From: Myxococcota bacterium
Lineage (GTDB): Bacteria > Myxococcota_A > Polyangia > DASYRF01
Assembly (NCBI GenBank): GCA_036004705.1
Contig: DASYRF010000360.1
Location: 5,795 to 69,794 of the forward strand
Direction: 5' to 3'
DNA length: 64,000 bases
In this document: piece by piece, positions 1-7,714 of the stretch
Position numbering within the stretch: the first letter of the stretch is position 1
Layout: each line of letters opens with the position of its first letter
Notes under the pieces: model-generated
Seen by the model: only the letters and a program-made list of their open reading frames with translations
Told to the model about the DNA's origin: nothing
Database searches by the model: none
Made by a program: the position numbers and the translations under genes

Positions 1-788
1 GCGAGCGCGAGGAAGGGGCCGAACGGCACGGGCACCTGGGTGCGCGGGCGCGCCTTCTCCGCCTCGCTCGACGCCTCCTCCAGGCGCGGGCGCGCCAGCA
101 TCCAGCCGGCGATGCCTTGCACGCTCCCCGCGAAGAGCGCCCACACCACCGCCGGCCAGCCGAGCCAGGCCCCCACGAGCGCCAGCAGCTTCGCGTCGCC
201 CAGCCCCATTCCTTCGAACCCACGCACCGCCTTCCAGCCGTAGTGCAGCGCCAGCGGGATGGCGGCGCCGACCGCTGCGCCCAGGGCAGCCCCGCCGAGC
301 CCCGGCACGCCCGTCCACCACGACGCCGCGAGCCCGGCCGCGATCCCCGGCAGCGTGACGACGTCGGGCAGAAGCTGCGTGCGCAAATCGATCATGCCCG
401 CCACGATGAGGGCACCCGCCAGCACGAACCGCAGCAGCGCGGGCGCGATCTGCCACAGCGTCGTCGCCGCCGGCTGCGCCAGCAGCGCCGCGCCCGACGG
501 GGCCGCCTGATGCATGAGTGCCACCATCAGACCCGCCGACGCCGCCTCCAGCGCCGGGTACGTCCAGGAGAAAGGGGCCTTGCACCGGCGGCAGCGCCCG
601 CGCAGGATCACCCACGACAGCACCGGGAGGTTGTCGTACCAGGCGATGGGCGCCTGGCAGCTCCGGCAGTGCGAGGCCGGCCGGACGACCGACTCCTCCT
701 TCCAGGGGAAGCGCGTGATGGCGACGTTGAAGAAGCTCCCCCACAGGGCGCCCCAGAGTCCGGCCGCAACGAGAAGCAGCGCCCGCAT
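1..788 (-). CDS. Type IV prepilin peptidase (A24 family), C-terminus cut off by the window edge. Reading the reverse complement from ATG at 788 gives MRALLLVAAGLWGALWGSFFNVAITRFPW..SHCRSCQAPIAWYDNLPVLSWVILRGRCRRCKAP.. followed by the DLRTQLLPD and GxGDAKLLA motifs.
   Basis: Manual reverse-strand translation. N-terminal tetra-Cys zinc motif (CxxC..CxxC), the two catalytic Asp motifs and a polytopic hydrophobic profile. It is missing from the ORF track because there is no stop codon inside the window. Confidence 0.8.
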   Translation of the reverse strand, partial: MRALLLVAAGLWGALWGSFFNVAITRFPWKEESVVRPASHCRSCQAPIAWYDNLPVLSWVILRGRCRRCKAPFSWTYPALEAASAGLMVALMHQAAPSGAALLAQPAATTLWQIAPALLRFVLAGALIVAGMIDLRTQLLPDVVTLPGIAAGLAASWWTGVPGLGGAALGAAVGAAIPLALHYGWKAVRGFEGMGLGDAKLLALVGAWLGWPAVVWALFAGSVQGIAGWMLARPRLEEASSEAEKARPRTQVPVPFGPFLAL

Positions 789-866
789 CAGGCGATTCTA
801 CAACCGGTCCGGCGAAGCTGCCCGCCGGCGCCCCCGCCGCCGCCGCCGCCGCCGCGGCCAAAGGCC

Positions 867-1385
867 ATGAAATTCTCCCTGAAGCACACGTTCGACGCGA
901 CGATCGAGCGCTACGAACGCGCGCTCTTCCACCCGGCGCTGATGGACTTCCTGGTGCCGCGCATGCCCGGCGTGAAGGCCGTGGAGGTGCTGGAGCACGT
1001 CGAGGAGAACGGCGTGGTGCGGCGCAAGCGCCGCTTCATTCCCAACGCGCCGGCGTCGCTGCCGGTCTTCGCCCGCGGCGTGAAGCCCGAGATGATGCAA
1101 TGGGTGGAGGACTCCGTCTACGAGCGCGCCACGCATCTGTTCCGCTACGAGAACGTCCCCAACATCCCGCCGTCGTACCGGAGCTGGTTCGTCAACAAAG
1201 GCGAGTACCGTATCGACGCCGACGGCCCGCGCCGTGTGCGCCGGCTCATCACCGGCGAGCTGACGTTGAAGGTCCCGCTCATCGGCGGCATCGGCGAGCG
1301 CCTCATCTGGAAGGAGGCGGAGCGCAACTTCGAGAGCGAGGCGAAGGCGCTGCAGGAGTTCCTCGACACGCGCGCCGATCTGTGA
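867..1385 (+). CDS. Hypothetical protein, 172 aa (MKFSLKHTFDATIERYERALFHPALMDF..). Possibly SRPBCC/DUF2505-like.
   Basis: Only the C-terminal 172 codons of the 422-aa ORF have protein-like composition; the upstream part is R/P-rich GC-frame noise. ATG at 867 checked against the bases. Confidence 0.55.
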   Translation: MKFSLKHTFDATIERYERALFHPALMDFLVPRMPGVKAVEVLEHVEENGVVRRKRRFIPNAPASLPVFARGVKPEMMQWVEDSVYERATHLFRYENVPNIPPSYRSWFVNKGEYRIDADGPRRVRRLITGELTLKVPLIGGIGERLIWKEAERNFESEAKALQEFLDTRADL

Positions 1386-1410
1386 GCGAACCCCGCGCCG
1401 GCGCGCGGTG

Positions 1411-1956
1411 CTACTGCAGGACCGTGACGGAGCGTGGGCCCGAGGTGACGCCGTAGAACACGAAGGCGTCGCTGGTCGTGCCGGTGGCGACGAGGCTTCC
1501 GGCCGAGTAGGCGTCGATGACCATGTTCAGCTGGCAGCTGATGTCGGCCACGCCTCCGACGTGCATTCCACCCAGCGTGGCGACGCCGTCGGTGCCCGCC
1601 CAGTTGATGAAGAACGTGGGACAGTTGTTGGGGTTGTTCGGGCAGGAGAGGTCCAGCGTGGCGCCGGCGAGGATCTCCGGCACGTCGCCCTCGTACTGCG
1701 CGCCCATCAGCGGGCACTCGCCGCCCATCGACGGCGTGCTCAGCACCATGGTGATGTGCAGCTGATCGACGCCGGGTACCGCGGAGGTCACCGCCACCAG
1801 CGTATTGGTGCTCAACAGCATCGGCCCCGCGTCCGAGGCGGCGTCGGTGTCCCCCTCACCGCAGTGGCATCCGCCCGCGGCGGCGGCGGCGAGGGCGGCG
1901 AGCATCAAGATGGGCCGAAAGGGGGCGGCCAGCGGCGGCAGCGAGGGGGTTGCCAT
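1411..1956 (-). CDS. Secreted or lipoprotein hypothetical protein (MATPSLPPLAAPFRPILMLAALAAAAAGGCHCGEG..).
   Basis: ATG at 1956 checked. N-terminal signal peptide ending in a Cys. Cys-containing mature part with diverse composition. Confidence 0.55.
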   Translation of the reverse strand: MATPSLPPLAAPFRPILMLAALAAAAAGGCHCGEGDTDAASDAGPMLLSTNTLVAVTSAVPGVDQLHITMVLSTPSMGGECPLMGAQYEGDVPEILAGATLDLSCPNNPNNCPTFFINWAGTDGVATLGGMHVGGVADISCQLNMVIDAYSAGSLVATGTTSDAFVFYGVTSGPRSVTVLQ

Positions 1957-1990
1957 CCCCGGATCATACACGACAGCGGCGCGAGCGGAA

Positions 1991-2353
1991 TCAGGCAACC
2001 GGGTCGGGCGAGGCGCCGGCCGCGATGGCGGCCTCGTGCAAGCGACGGGCTTCCGCGCTGGCCTGCTCCGCAGCGACGGGATCGCCGCCCAGCGCCAGCA
2101 GATCCGCCTCCTCGGCGACCAGCCGGGCGAGCACCTTGACCTTCTCGGGGTCGCCGAGCAACGCCGCCGCCGTCGGCGCGTCCACCGCCCCCAGGACGTC
2201 CCACGGCAGCCCGAGAAGCTCGCCGTACGCGCCGCGCAGCTCCTGCAGCGCGCGCCCGTACTCGCCGGCCTCCTTCAGGCGCAGCATGCGGGCGAAGAAG
2301 ATCGCGAGCTGCCGCAGCACCCGCTGGATCCAGTCCTTCTCGAAGACGGCCAC
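1991..2353 (-). CDS. Hypothetical protein, 120 aa, immediately downstream of dxs.
   Basis: GTG start at 2353 checked. Non-repetitive, protein-like composition (MAVFEKDWIQRVLRQLAIFFARMLRLKEAGEYGRALQEL..). Same strand as dxs, 5 nt downstream of its stop. Confidence 0.5.
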   Translation of the reverse strand: MAVFEKDWIQRVLRQLAIFFARMLRLKEAGEYGRALQELRGAYGELLGLPWDVLGAVDAPTAAALLGDPEKVKVLARLVAEEADLLALGGDPVAAEQASAEARRLHEAAIAAGASPDPVA

Positions 2354-2357
2354 CGCG

Positions 2358-4274
2358 CTACACCGAGCGCAGCCGCGCCAGGGGCTCGCTCGTGGCCGGG
2401 CGCGCCAGCAGCGCGCGCGCCGCCGCGGCGATGCCCTCGCGATCGAGCCGGAACGCTTTGCGCTGCACCTTCACGTCGCCCTGCTCCACGAACTCGTCGG
2501 GCAGCCCGAGCACCTCGACGCGCACGCCGTGCATCCCGCGCCGTGCCAGCAGCTCCAGCACCGCGGCGCCGAACCCGCCCACCGACGTGCCCTCCTCCAC
2601 CGTCACGACCGCCCCGCATTCCGCCGCCAGCCGCGTCAAGAGCTCCTCGTCGAGCGGCTTCACGAAGCGCGCGTTGACGACGACGGCGCCCACGCCCTCC
2701 CCCGCCAGCGCCGCGGCCGCCGCCACCGCCGGCTCCACCATCGTCCCCACCGCCACGATCGCCACGGCACGCCCGCCGTTGTCGGCGACGATCTCGCCGC
2801 GCCCGATCGGCAGCGGCCGCGGCGGGCCTTCCATCTTCACGCCCGGCACCGGCCCGCGCGGATAGCGCACCGCCGCCGGCCCCGGGTGCGCGAGCCCCGT
2901 CGCGATCATGTGGCGCAGCTCGTCCTCGTCCTTGGGCGCCATGACGACCATGCCGGGGATGCAGCGCAGGTACGCCAGGTCGAACGCGCCCTGGTGGGTC
3001 TTGCCGTCCGCTCCCACCAGCCCGGCGCGGTCCAGGCAGAAGAACACCGGCAGCTCCTGGATGGCCACGTCGTGGATGATCTGATCGTAGGCGCGCTGCA
3101 GGAACGTCGAATAGATGGCGCACACCGGCCGGAGCCCCTCGGTGGCCAGCCCCGCGGCGAAGCACACCGCGTGCTGCTCGGCGATGCCCACGTCGTAGCA
3201 GCGCGCCGGCAGCTTCTTCTGGAAGAGGTCGAGCCCCGTACCGCTCGGCATGGCCGCGGTGATGGCGACGACGCGCGGGTCTTTCTCGGCCAGCTCCACC
3301 AGCGTGTCGGCGAACACCTTCGTCCAGGACGGCGGGCCCGGCTTGGCGGGCTTGGCCTTGCCGGTGGCGACGTCGAAGGGCGTCATCCCGTGCCCGCCCT
3401 CGTGGTGCTTCTCCGCCGGGCCGTAGCCCTTGCCCTTCGTGGTGACGGCGTGGATGAGGATGGGGCGCCGCTGCGCCTTGACCGCGCGGAACGTGTCGAC
3501 GAGCTGCGCGAGGTCGTGCCCCGGCACCGGGCCCACGTACTCGAAGCCCATCCCCTCGAACAGGATGCCGGGCGTTAGTAGCGATTTCGACGCCTCCATG
3601 GCGCGCTGCACGGCGCGGATGACGCGCTCGCCGCCCCAGGCGCGCAGGCTCTCCTTCACGGCGCGGCGCCACCAGGTCATGCGCTCGCCGGTCAGCTTGC
3701 GCGACAGCCACAGCGAGATGGCCCCGACGTTCGGCGAGATGGAGAAGTCGTTGTCGTTGAGGACGACGATGAGATCCTTCTCCAGCGGCCCCGAGTTGTT
3801 GAGCCCCTCGTAAGCGAGCCCGCCGGTGAGCCCGCCGTCGCCCACCACGGCGATGACCTTGCCCTCGTCGCCCTTGTGGCGCTTGCCCTCCAATATGCCG
3901 AGCGCCGCGGAGATGGCCGTGGAGGCGTGGCCGGCGCCGAACGAGTCGTGCACGCTCTCCTCGCGCTTGCAGAAGCCGCTGATGCCGTCGGGCTGGCGCA
4001 GCGTATGGAAGCGGTCGCGCCGCCCCGTCAGGAGCTTGTGCGCGTAGGCCTGATGGCCGACGTCCCAGACGATGCGGTCGTGCGGCGACTCGAAGACGTA
4101 GTGCAGCGCCACGGCCAGCTCCACGGTGCCGAGCGGGCCGCCGAGATGGCCGCCGTTCGCGGCGACGGTCTCGATGATGCGCTGGCGCACCTCGGCGGCG
4201 AGCGCGGGCAGCTCCTCGGGTGTCAGGCGCTTGAGGTCGGCGGGCGATTCGATGCGGTCGAGCAGCGGGCTCAT
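2358..4274 (-). CDS. dxs: 1-deoxy-D-xylulose-5-phosphate synthase.
   Basis: MSPLLDRIESPADLKRLTPEELPALAAEVRQRIIETVAANGGHLGGPLGTVELAVALHYVFESPHDRIVWDVGHQAYAHKLLTGRRDRF.. GDGGLTGGLAYEGLNNSG: TPP-binding and transketolase-like motifs, about 638 aa. ATG at 4274 checked. The long upstream extension of the ORF is R-rich noise. Confidence 0.93.
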   Translation of the reverse strand: MSPLLDRIESPADLKRLTPEELPALAAEVRQRIIETVAANGGHLGGPLGTVELAVALHYVFESPHDRIVWDVGHQAYAHKLLTGRRDRFHTLRQPDGISGFCKREESVHDSFGAGHASTAISAALGILEGKRHKGDEGKVIAVVGDGGLTGGLAYEGLNNSGPLEKDLIVVLNDNDFSISPNVGAISLWLSRKLTGERMTWWRRAVKESLRAWGGERVIRAVQRAMEASKSLLTPGILFEGMGFEYVGPVPGHDLAQLVDTFRAVKAQRRPILIHAVTTKGKGYGPAEKHHEGGHGMTPFDVATGKAKPAKPGPPSWTKVFADTLVELAEKDPRVVAITAAMPSGTGLDLFQKKLPARCYDVGIAEQHAVCFAAGLATEGLRPVCAIYSTFLQRAYDQIIHDVAIQELPVFFCLDRAGLVGADGKTHQGAFDLAYLRCIPGMVVMAPKDEDELRHMIATGLAHPGPAAVRYPRGPVPGVKMEGPPRPLPIGRGEIVADNGGRAVAIVAVGTMVEPAVAAAAALAGEGVGAVVVNARFVKPLDEELLTRLAAECGAVVTVEEGTSVGGFGAAVLELLARRGMHGVRVEVLGLPDEFVEQGDVKVQRKAFRLDREGIAAAARALLARPATSEPLARLRSV

Positions 4275-4609
4275 CCGGGGTCCTCCTCGGCGCGGCGCGC
4301 GAGCGCGGCGCCGGCGGTCTCCGCTAGCATAACGACGTCGCGGAGCCGCGCCTCGGCGGAGGCGTCGTCTTCTACGGAATCGGGCGGCGCGAGGGGGCCG
4401 GCCGCCTGTGCGAAGGCCTCGGCCACCAGCGCGTCGGCGGCCAGCAGGTCCCACGCCGTTCCCGGCGCGGCGCGCAGCGCGGCGACGTGCTCTGCCAGCG
4501 CCAGCGCCCCTTCGATCAGTACGGCAGGCAGCGCGCCAGGCAGCACGCCAGTCAGCGCGGCAGGCGACCTGTCAGGCAGCCGGTCGGGCGACACGTCAGC
4601 CCTCTTCAC
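4271..4609 (-). CDS. Small hypothetical ORF (112 aa) sitting where ispA is found in the canonical xseB-ispA-dxs operon.
   Basis: Its stop overlaps the dxs ATG in an ATGA arrangement (coupling) and its start overlaps the xseB 3' end. Ala-rich composition, so it could be a frame artefact. Confidence 0.3.
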   Translation of the reverse strand: MKRADVSPDRLPDRSPAALTGVLPGALPAVLIEGALALAEHVAALRAAPGTAWDLLAADALVAEAFAQAAGPLAPPDSVEDDASAEARLRDVVMLAETAGAALARRAEEDPG

Positions 4610-4877
4610 GTGGCGGCTCGAAGGGCGCCGTGCGCGGCGCCCCGCCCGCGTCGCCGTCCAGCAGCCGCTCGATGCGCCGGTCGGCCGCGTCCAGCCGCTC
4701 GTTGCACTGGCGGTGGAGGCGCACCCCTTCCTCGTACACGCGCAGCGAATCTTCGAGGGACAGCTGCCCGCTCTCCAGCTTCTCGACGGTGGCGCGCAGC
4801 CGCTCCAAGAGATCCTCGAAACGCGGCTCCGTCTCTCCCGCCGGGGCCGGCGGCGCCTTCGGGTCGCCTCCGTTCAC
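4596..4877 (-). CDS. xseB: Exodeoxyribonuclease VII small subunit.
   Basis: RFEDLLERLRATVEKLESGQLSLEDSLRVYEEGVRLHRQCNERLDAADRRIERLL is the typical XseB helical core. Located upstream of dxs as in many bacteria. Confidence 0.8.
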   Translation of the reverse strand: MNGGDPKAPPAPAGETEPRFEDLLERLRATVEKLESGQLSLEDSLRVYEEGVRLHRQCNERLDAADRRIERLLDGDAGGAPRTAPFEPPREEG

Positions 4878-4925
4878 GAGCTACTCGCTACCACACCCCG
4901 CGCCCTGGTGCTACGCCGGCGCGCC

Positions 4926-7652
4926 TCAGTACTGCCGGAACGCGATCGAGTAGCACTCGTACAGGAGGGCGCCCGTGTTGTTCGTGATGACGGCGTCGCC
5001 ATAGTTCGAGAAGCCGGTCCCGTTCCAGGTGAACGAGCCGAGGTCGAGGTCGTCGTTAAGCCGCGAGCTCAGGATATCCACCGTGTCGGCCGTCGTCGGG
5101 TTGCGGTACATCGCGATCCAGCCGACCTTCCCGACATAAGTGGAAACGTCCGAGAACGCGGCACAGCCCGTGGCGCTGCATACGCGCGTGCGCAGGGTCG
5201 TACCAATGCCGTCGGTGTCGTAGACCAGCTCGCCGGTCGATCCCGTCTGGTTCCACTCGAAGTCCGCCAGGCGCCCGGAGATGTCATTCAAGCTCGTGTC
5301 GAGGTTCGAGGTGATCGGCGTCCAGGCGCTGCCCGTCCAGTAAGCGGTATTCAGGTCCGCGGCCGTGTCGACGATGACCGCCAGCAGGTCGTCCGACGCC
5401 GGGTCGGCCTTCAAGGTGAGCCACTCGACCGACGAGCTGTCGGACGTATCGTGATCGAACGCCGCGACGCTCGTCCAGGCCGTCCCGTCCCAGTAGGATG
5501 ACGCCACGCTGACCGGCGCGTCAGACCGGCTGATGACCATCCCTTTCGTGCCGTCGGCCGCGTACTTCACGGCGATCGACTCCTGCGCGCCCGAGGTGAA
5601 GCCGCTGATGGTCGTGAAGTTGGCCCAGCTCGAGCCGTTCCAGACGGCCGCGCTCACGAAGCTGGCCGTACGGTTGGCAACGACGATCATCTCTTCGGCC
5701 GTGGCGGCGGGGCTCGGGTCGCGGTCGAGCGCGATCCACGTCGCTTGGTAGTCGTTCGGTCCGCTCCAGAGGTCGATGAAGGCGGCCGCTCCCCAGGCCA
5801 TGTCGGTCGACCCCAGGACCCGGTAGGCCAGGTCATGCGTCGAGCCCGTGTCGACGATGCCGTACACGAGGACGGCGTCTCCGGTGCTGCGTTCGAACTC
5901 CACGTCGAACCGCCGCGAGTGCGTGGCGGGTGCGGTCGTCCAGACGGTGCCGATCGCCCCGTCGTGAACCCAAGAGCCGGCCGTGTCGCAGCTCGCCGCG
6001 CAGATGTACGAGTCGAGCTGACCGTCGTCGCTGAGGGTGATCAGGACCTTCCGCTCGCTCACAGGCGAGGCCTTCAGCACCGCTTCGCGCACGGGAGAGC
6101 CGCTCGAGGAGAGAACCACCTCCCCTCCCCACGTGCCGGCTCCCGCCGCGGTCCAGGGCCTGATGCGCGGGCACCAGGCCGCGCCTGCGGCGCAGGTGCC
6201 GACATCCGAGCGCCGGTATGCCATCCAGGCGCCTGGGGTCGCAGTCACGAGATCGAAGGCGATCGTGAAGCGCTCGTAAGACTGCTCGGACGACGCGGTG
6301 ATGGCCGAGTCGCCGTAGTTCGTCCAGAGCAAGGTGGCCCCTCCCTCCCACCGGAAGGAGCCCAGTTGATTCGCGCCGTTCAACCGGCCGCCGAGGATGT
6401 CGACGGCGTCGGAGGCCGTGGGGTTGCGGTAGAGGGCGATCCACGCGCCGGTATCGCCGTAAGTCGACCAGTTGGCGGTCGCACTGTTACATTGTGGACT
6501 GCAAAGCCGCACCTGGATGTCAGAGGTCAAGGGCAAGACGTTGTCGTTCCAGACCAGCCGGCCGGTGCTCCCGGTCGGCTCCCACTCGAAGTCCGCGGGC
6601 CGCCCAGTGGGCGTGTCCAGCGTGAAGCTGATATCCGTTGTGCCCGCCCATGCAGGCCCGGTTCCGTCCCAGTAGAGGGTATGAAGGTGGCTCAGAGCGT
6701 CGGCGATGACGGCCTGAAGGTCGTCGCTGCTGGGGTCGGCCTTAAGTGTGACCCAATTGACGGCGTTCAGGGCATTCGGGATATCGATGGGCGTCGCCGT
6801 CGTCCAAGTCGTGCCGTTCCAGTACTTCGACCGCATCACAGGCGTCCCCGCGCTGTCGTTGTCCGCCGCGAGCACCATGCCCTTGCTGCCGTCCGCTGCG
6901 TAACGCACGGCGAGCTTCTCGCGGCCGATGCCGTTGGGCGTGTCGACGAGGAGTGTCGTCTCCGAGACCCACGCGCTGCCGTTCCAGACCTTCGCGTAGG
7001 CCTGGTTGTTGCTCGTTGCGTAGGCCGCCACGATGAGCTCCTCGCTCGTCGCGACCGGCTTTCGATCCAACTCCACCCACGTGATATCCAGCGTGCCCGC
7101 GAGATCGACGTAGCCAGTCGGGGAGCCCGGGAACGAGGTAGCGCCTGGCGCTAGTATCTTGTAGGCCAGATCCTGGACGCCGGTGCCCCCCTGGAGGTTG
7201 TAAACCAGTAGCCCCGCTCCGGTCGCGGTCTCGAACTCCACGTCGAAGCCCCTGAAGCTCTCGCTGGGCGGAAACGCACCCCACACCTGGCCGACATCGG
7301 AGGTCAAGGTCCAGGAGCCAGCGGAACCGCAATTCGCGAGGCAGACGTAGGCGTCGAGGAAGCCGTCGTCGCTCTCGGTCACGAGGATCTTCTTGTTGGA
7401 GATGGGCGAGGCCTTGATCACGGCCTCTCGTATGGGGGATCCCGCCGAAGACAACTCCACTTCGGCGCCCCAACTCCCGCTCCCGGCGGAGCTCCAGATG
7501 CGGATCTTGGGAAAGTTCCCCCCAGACCCTGTTGTGGAGTAGTAGGCGATGATCGCGTCCGATCCGAAAGCCGGCGCTTCGAGCGCGAGGACTGTCGCCA
7601 AGAAGGCGGCGGGCAAGGCAAGCGTTCGCGTGAATCGCGATTCGTGGAACAT
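4926..7652 (-). CDS. Large secreted protein (908 aa) built from two homologous halves of about 440 aa each.
   Basis: ATG at 7652 checked. Signal peptide MFHESRFTRTLALPAAFLATVLALEAPAFG. The halves align residue by residue (YVCLANCGSAGSW / YICAASCDTAGSW; RFDVEFETATG / RFDVEFERSTG; LKADPSSDDLQAVI / LKADPASDDLLAVI). No family assigned. Confidence 0.7.
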   Translation of the reverse strand: MFHESRFTRTLALPAAFLATVLALEAPAFGSDAIIAYYSTTGSGGNFPKIRIWSSAGSGSWGAEVELSSAGSPIREAVIKASPISNKKILVTESDDGFLDAYVCLANCGSAGSWTLTSDVGQVWGAFPPSESFRGFDVEFETATGAGLLVYNLQGGTGVQDLAYKILAPGATSFPGSPTGYVDLAGTLDITWVELDRKPVATSEELIVAAYATSNNQAYAKVWNGSAWVSETTLLVDTPNGIGREKLAVRYAADGSKGMVLAADNDSAGTPVMRSKYWNGTTWTTATPIDIPNALNAVNWVTLKADPSSDDLQAVIADALSHLHTLYWDGTGPAWAGTTDISFTLDTPTGRPADFEWEPTGSTGRLVWNDNVLPLTSDIQVRLCSPQCNSATANWSTYGDTGAWIALYRNPTASDAVDILGGRLNGANQLGSFRWEGGATLLWTNYGDSAITASSEQSYERFTIAFDLVTATPGAWMAYRRSDVGTCAAGAAWCPRIRPWTAAGAGTWGGEVVLSSSGSPVREAVLKASPVSERKVLITLSDDGQLDSYICAASCDTAGSWVHDGAIGTVWTTAPATHSRRFDVEFERSTGDAVLVYGIVDTGSTHDLAYRVLGSTDMAWGAAAFIDLWSGPNDYQATWIALDRDPSPAATAEEMIVVANRTASFVSAAVWNGSSWANFTTISGFTSGAQESIAVKYAADGTKGMVISRSDAPVSVASSYWDGTAWTSVAAFDHDTSDSSSVEWLTLKADPASDDLLAVIVDTAADLNTAYWTGSAWTPITSNLDTSLNDISGRLADFEWNQTGSTGELVYDTDGIGTTLRTRVCSATGCAAFSDVSTYVGKVGWIAMYRNPTTADTVDILSSRLNDDLDLGSFTWNGTGFSNYGDAVITNNTGALLYECYSIAFRQY

Positions 7653-7714
7653 GGGAGCGCCTCCTCCTCGTTGGACTGCGGGACCGAGCCCTGCCTGTCG
7701 AACGAAGGAGGCGC

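Noticed and set aside
1950-3711. Long ORFs overlapping dxs on both strands (1950-3578 +, 2275-3711 -, 2392-2865 +).
   Set aside because: Extreme Arg/Gly/Pro/Ala bias typical of out-of-frame translation of roughly 70% GC DNA. They lie entirely within the well-supported dxs CDS.
5745-7154. 469-aa plus-strand ORF antisense to the duplicated secreted protein gene.
   Set aside because: R/G/V-rich composition with no motifs. The antisense partner has clear protein-like composition and a signal peptide.
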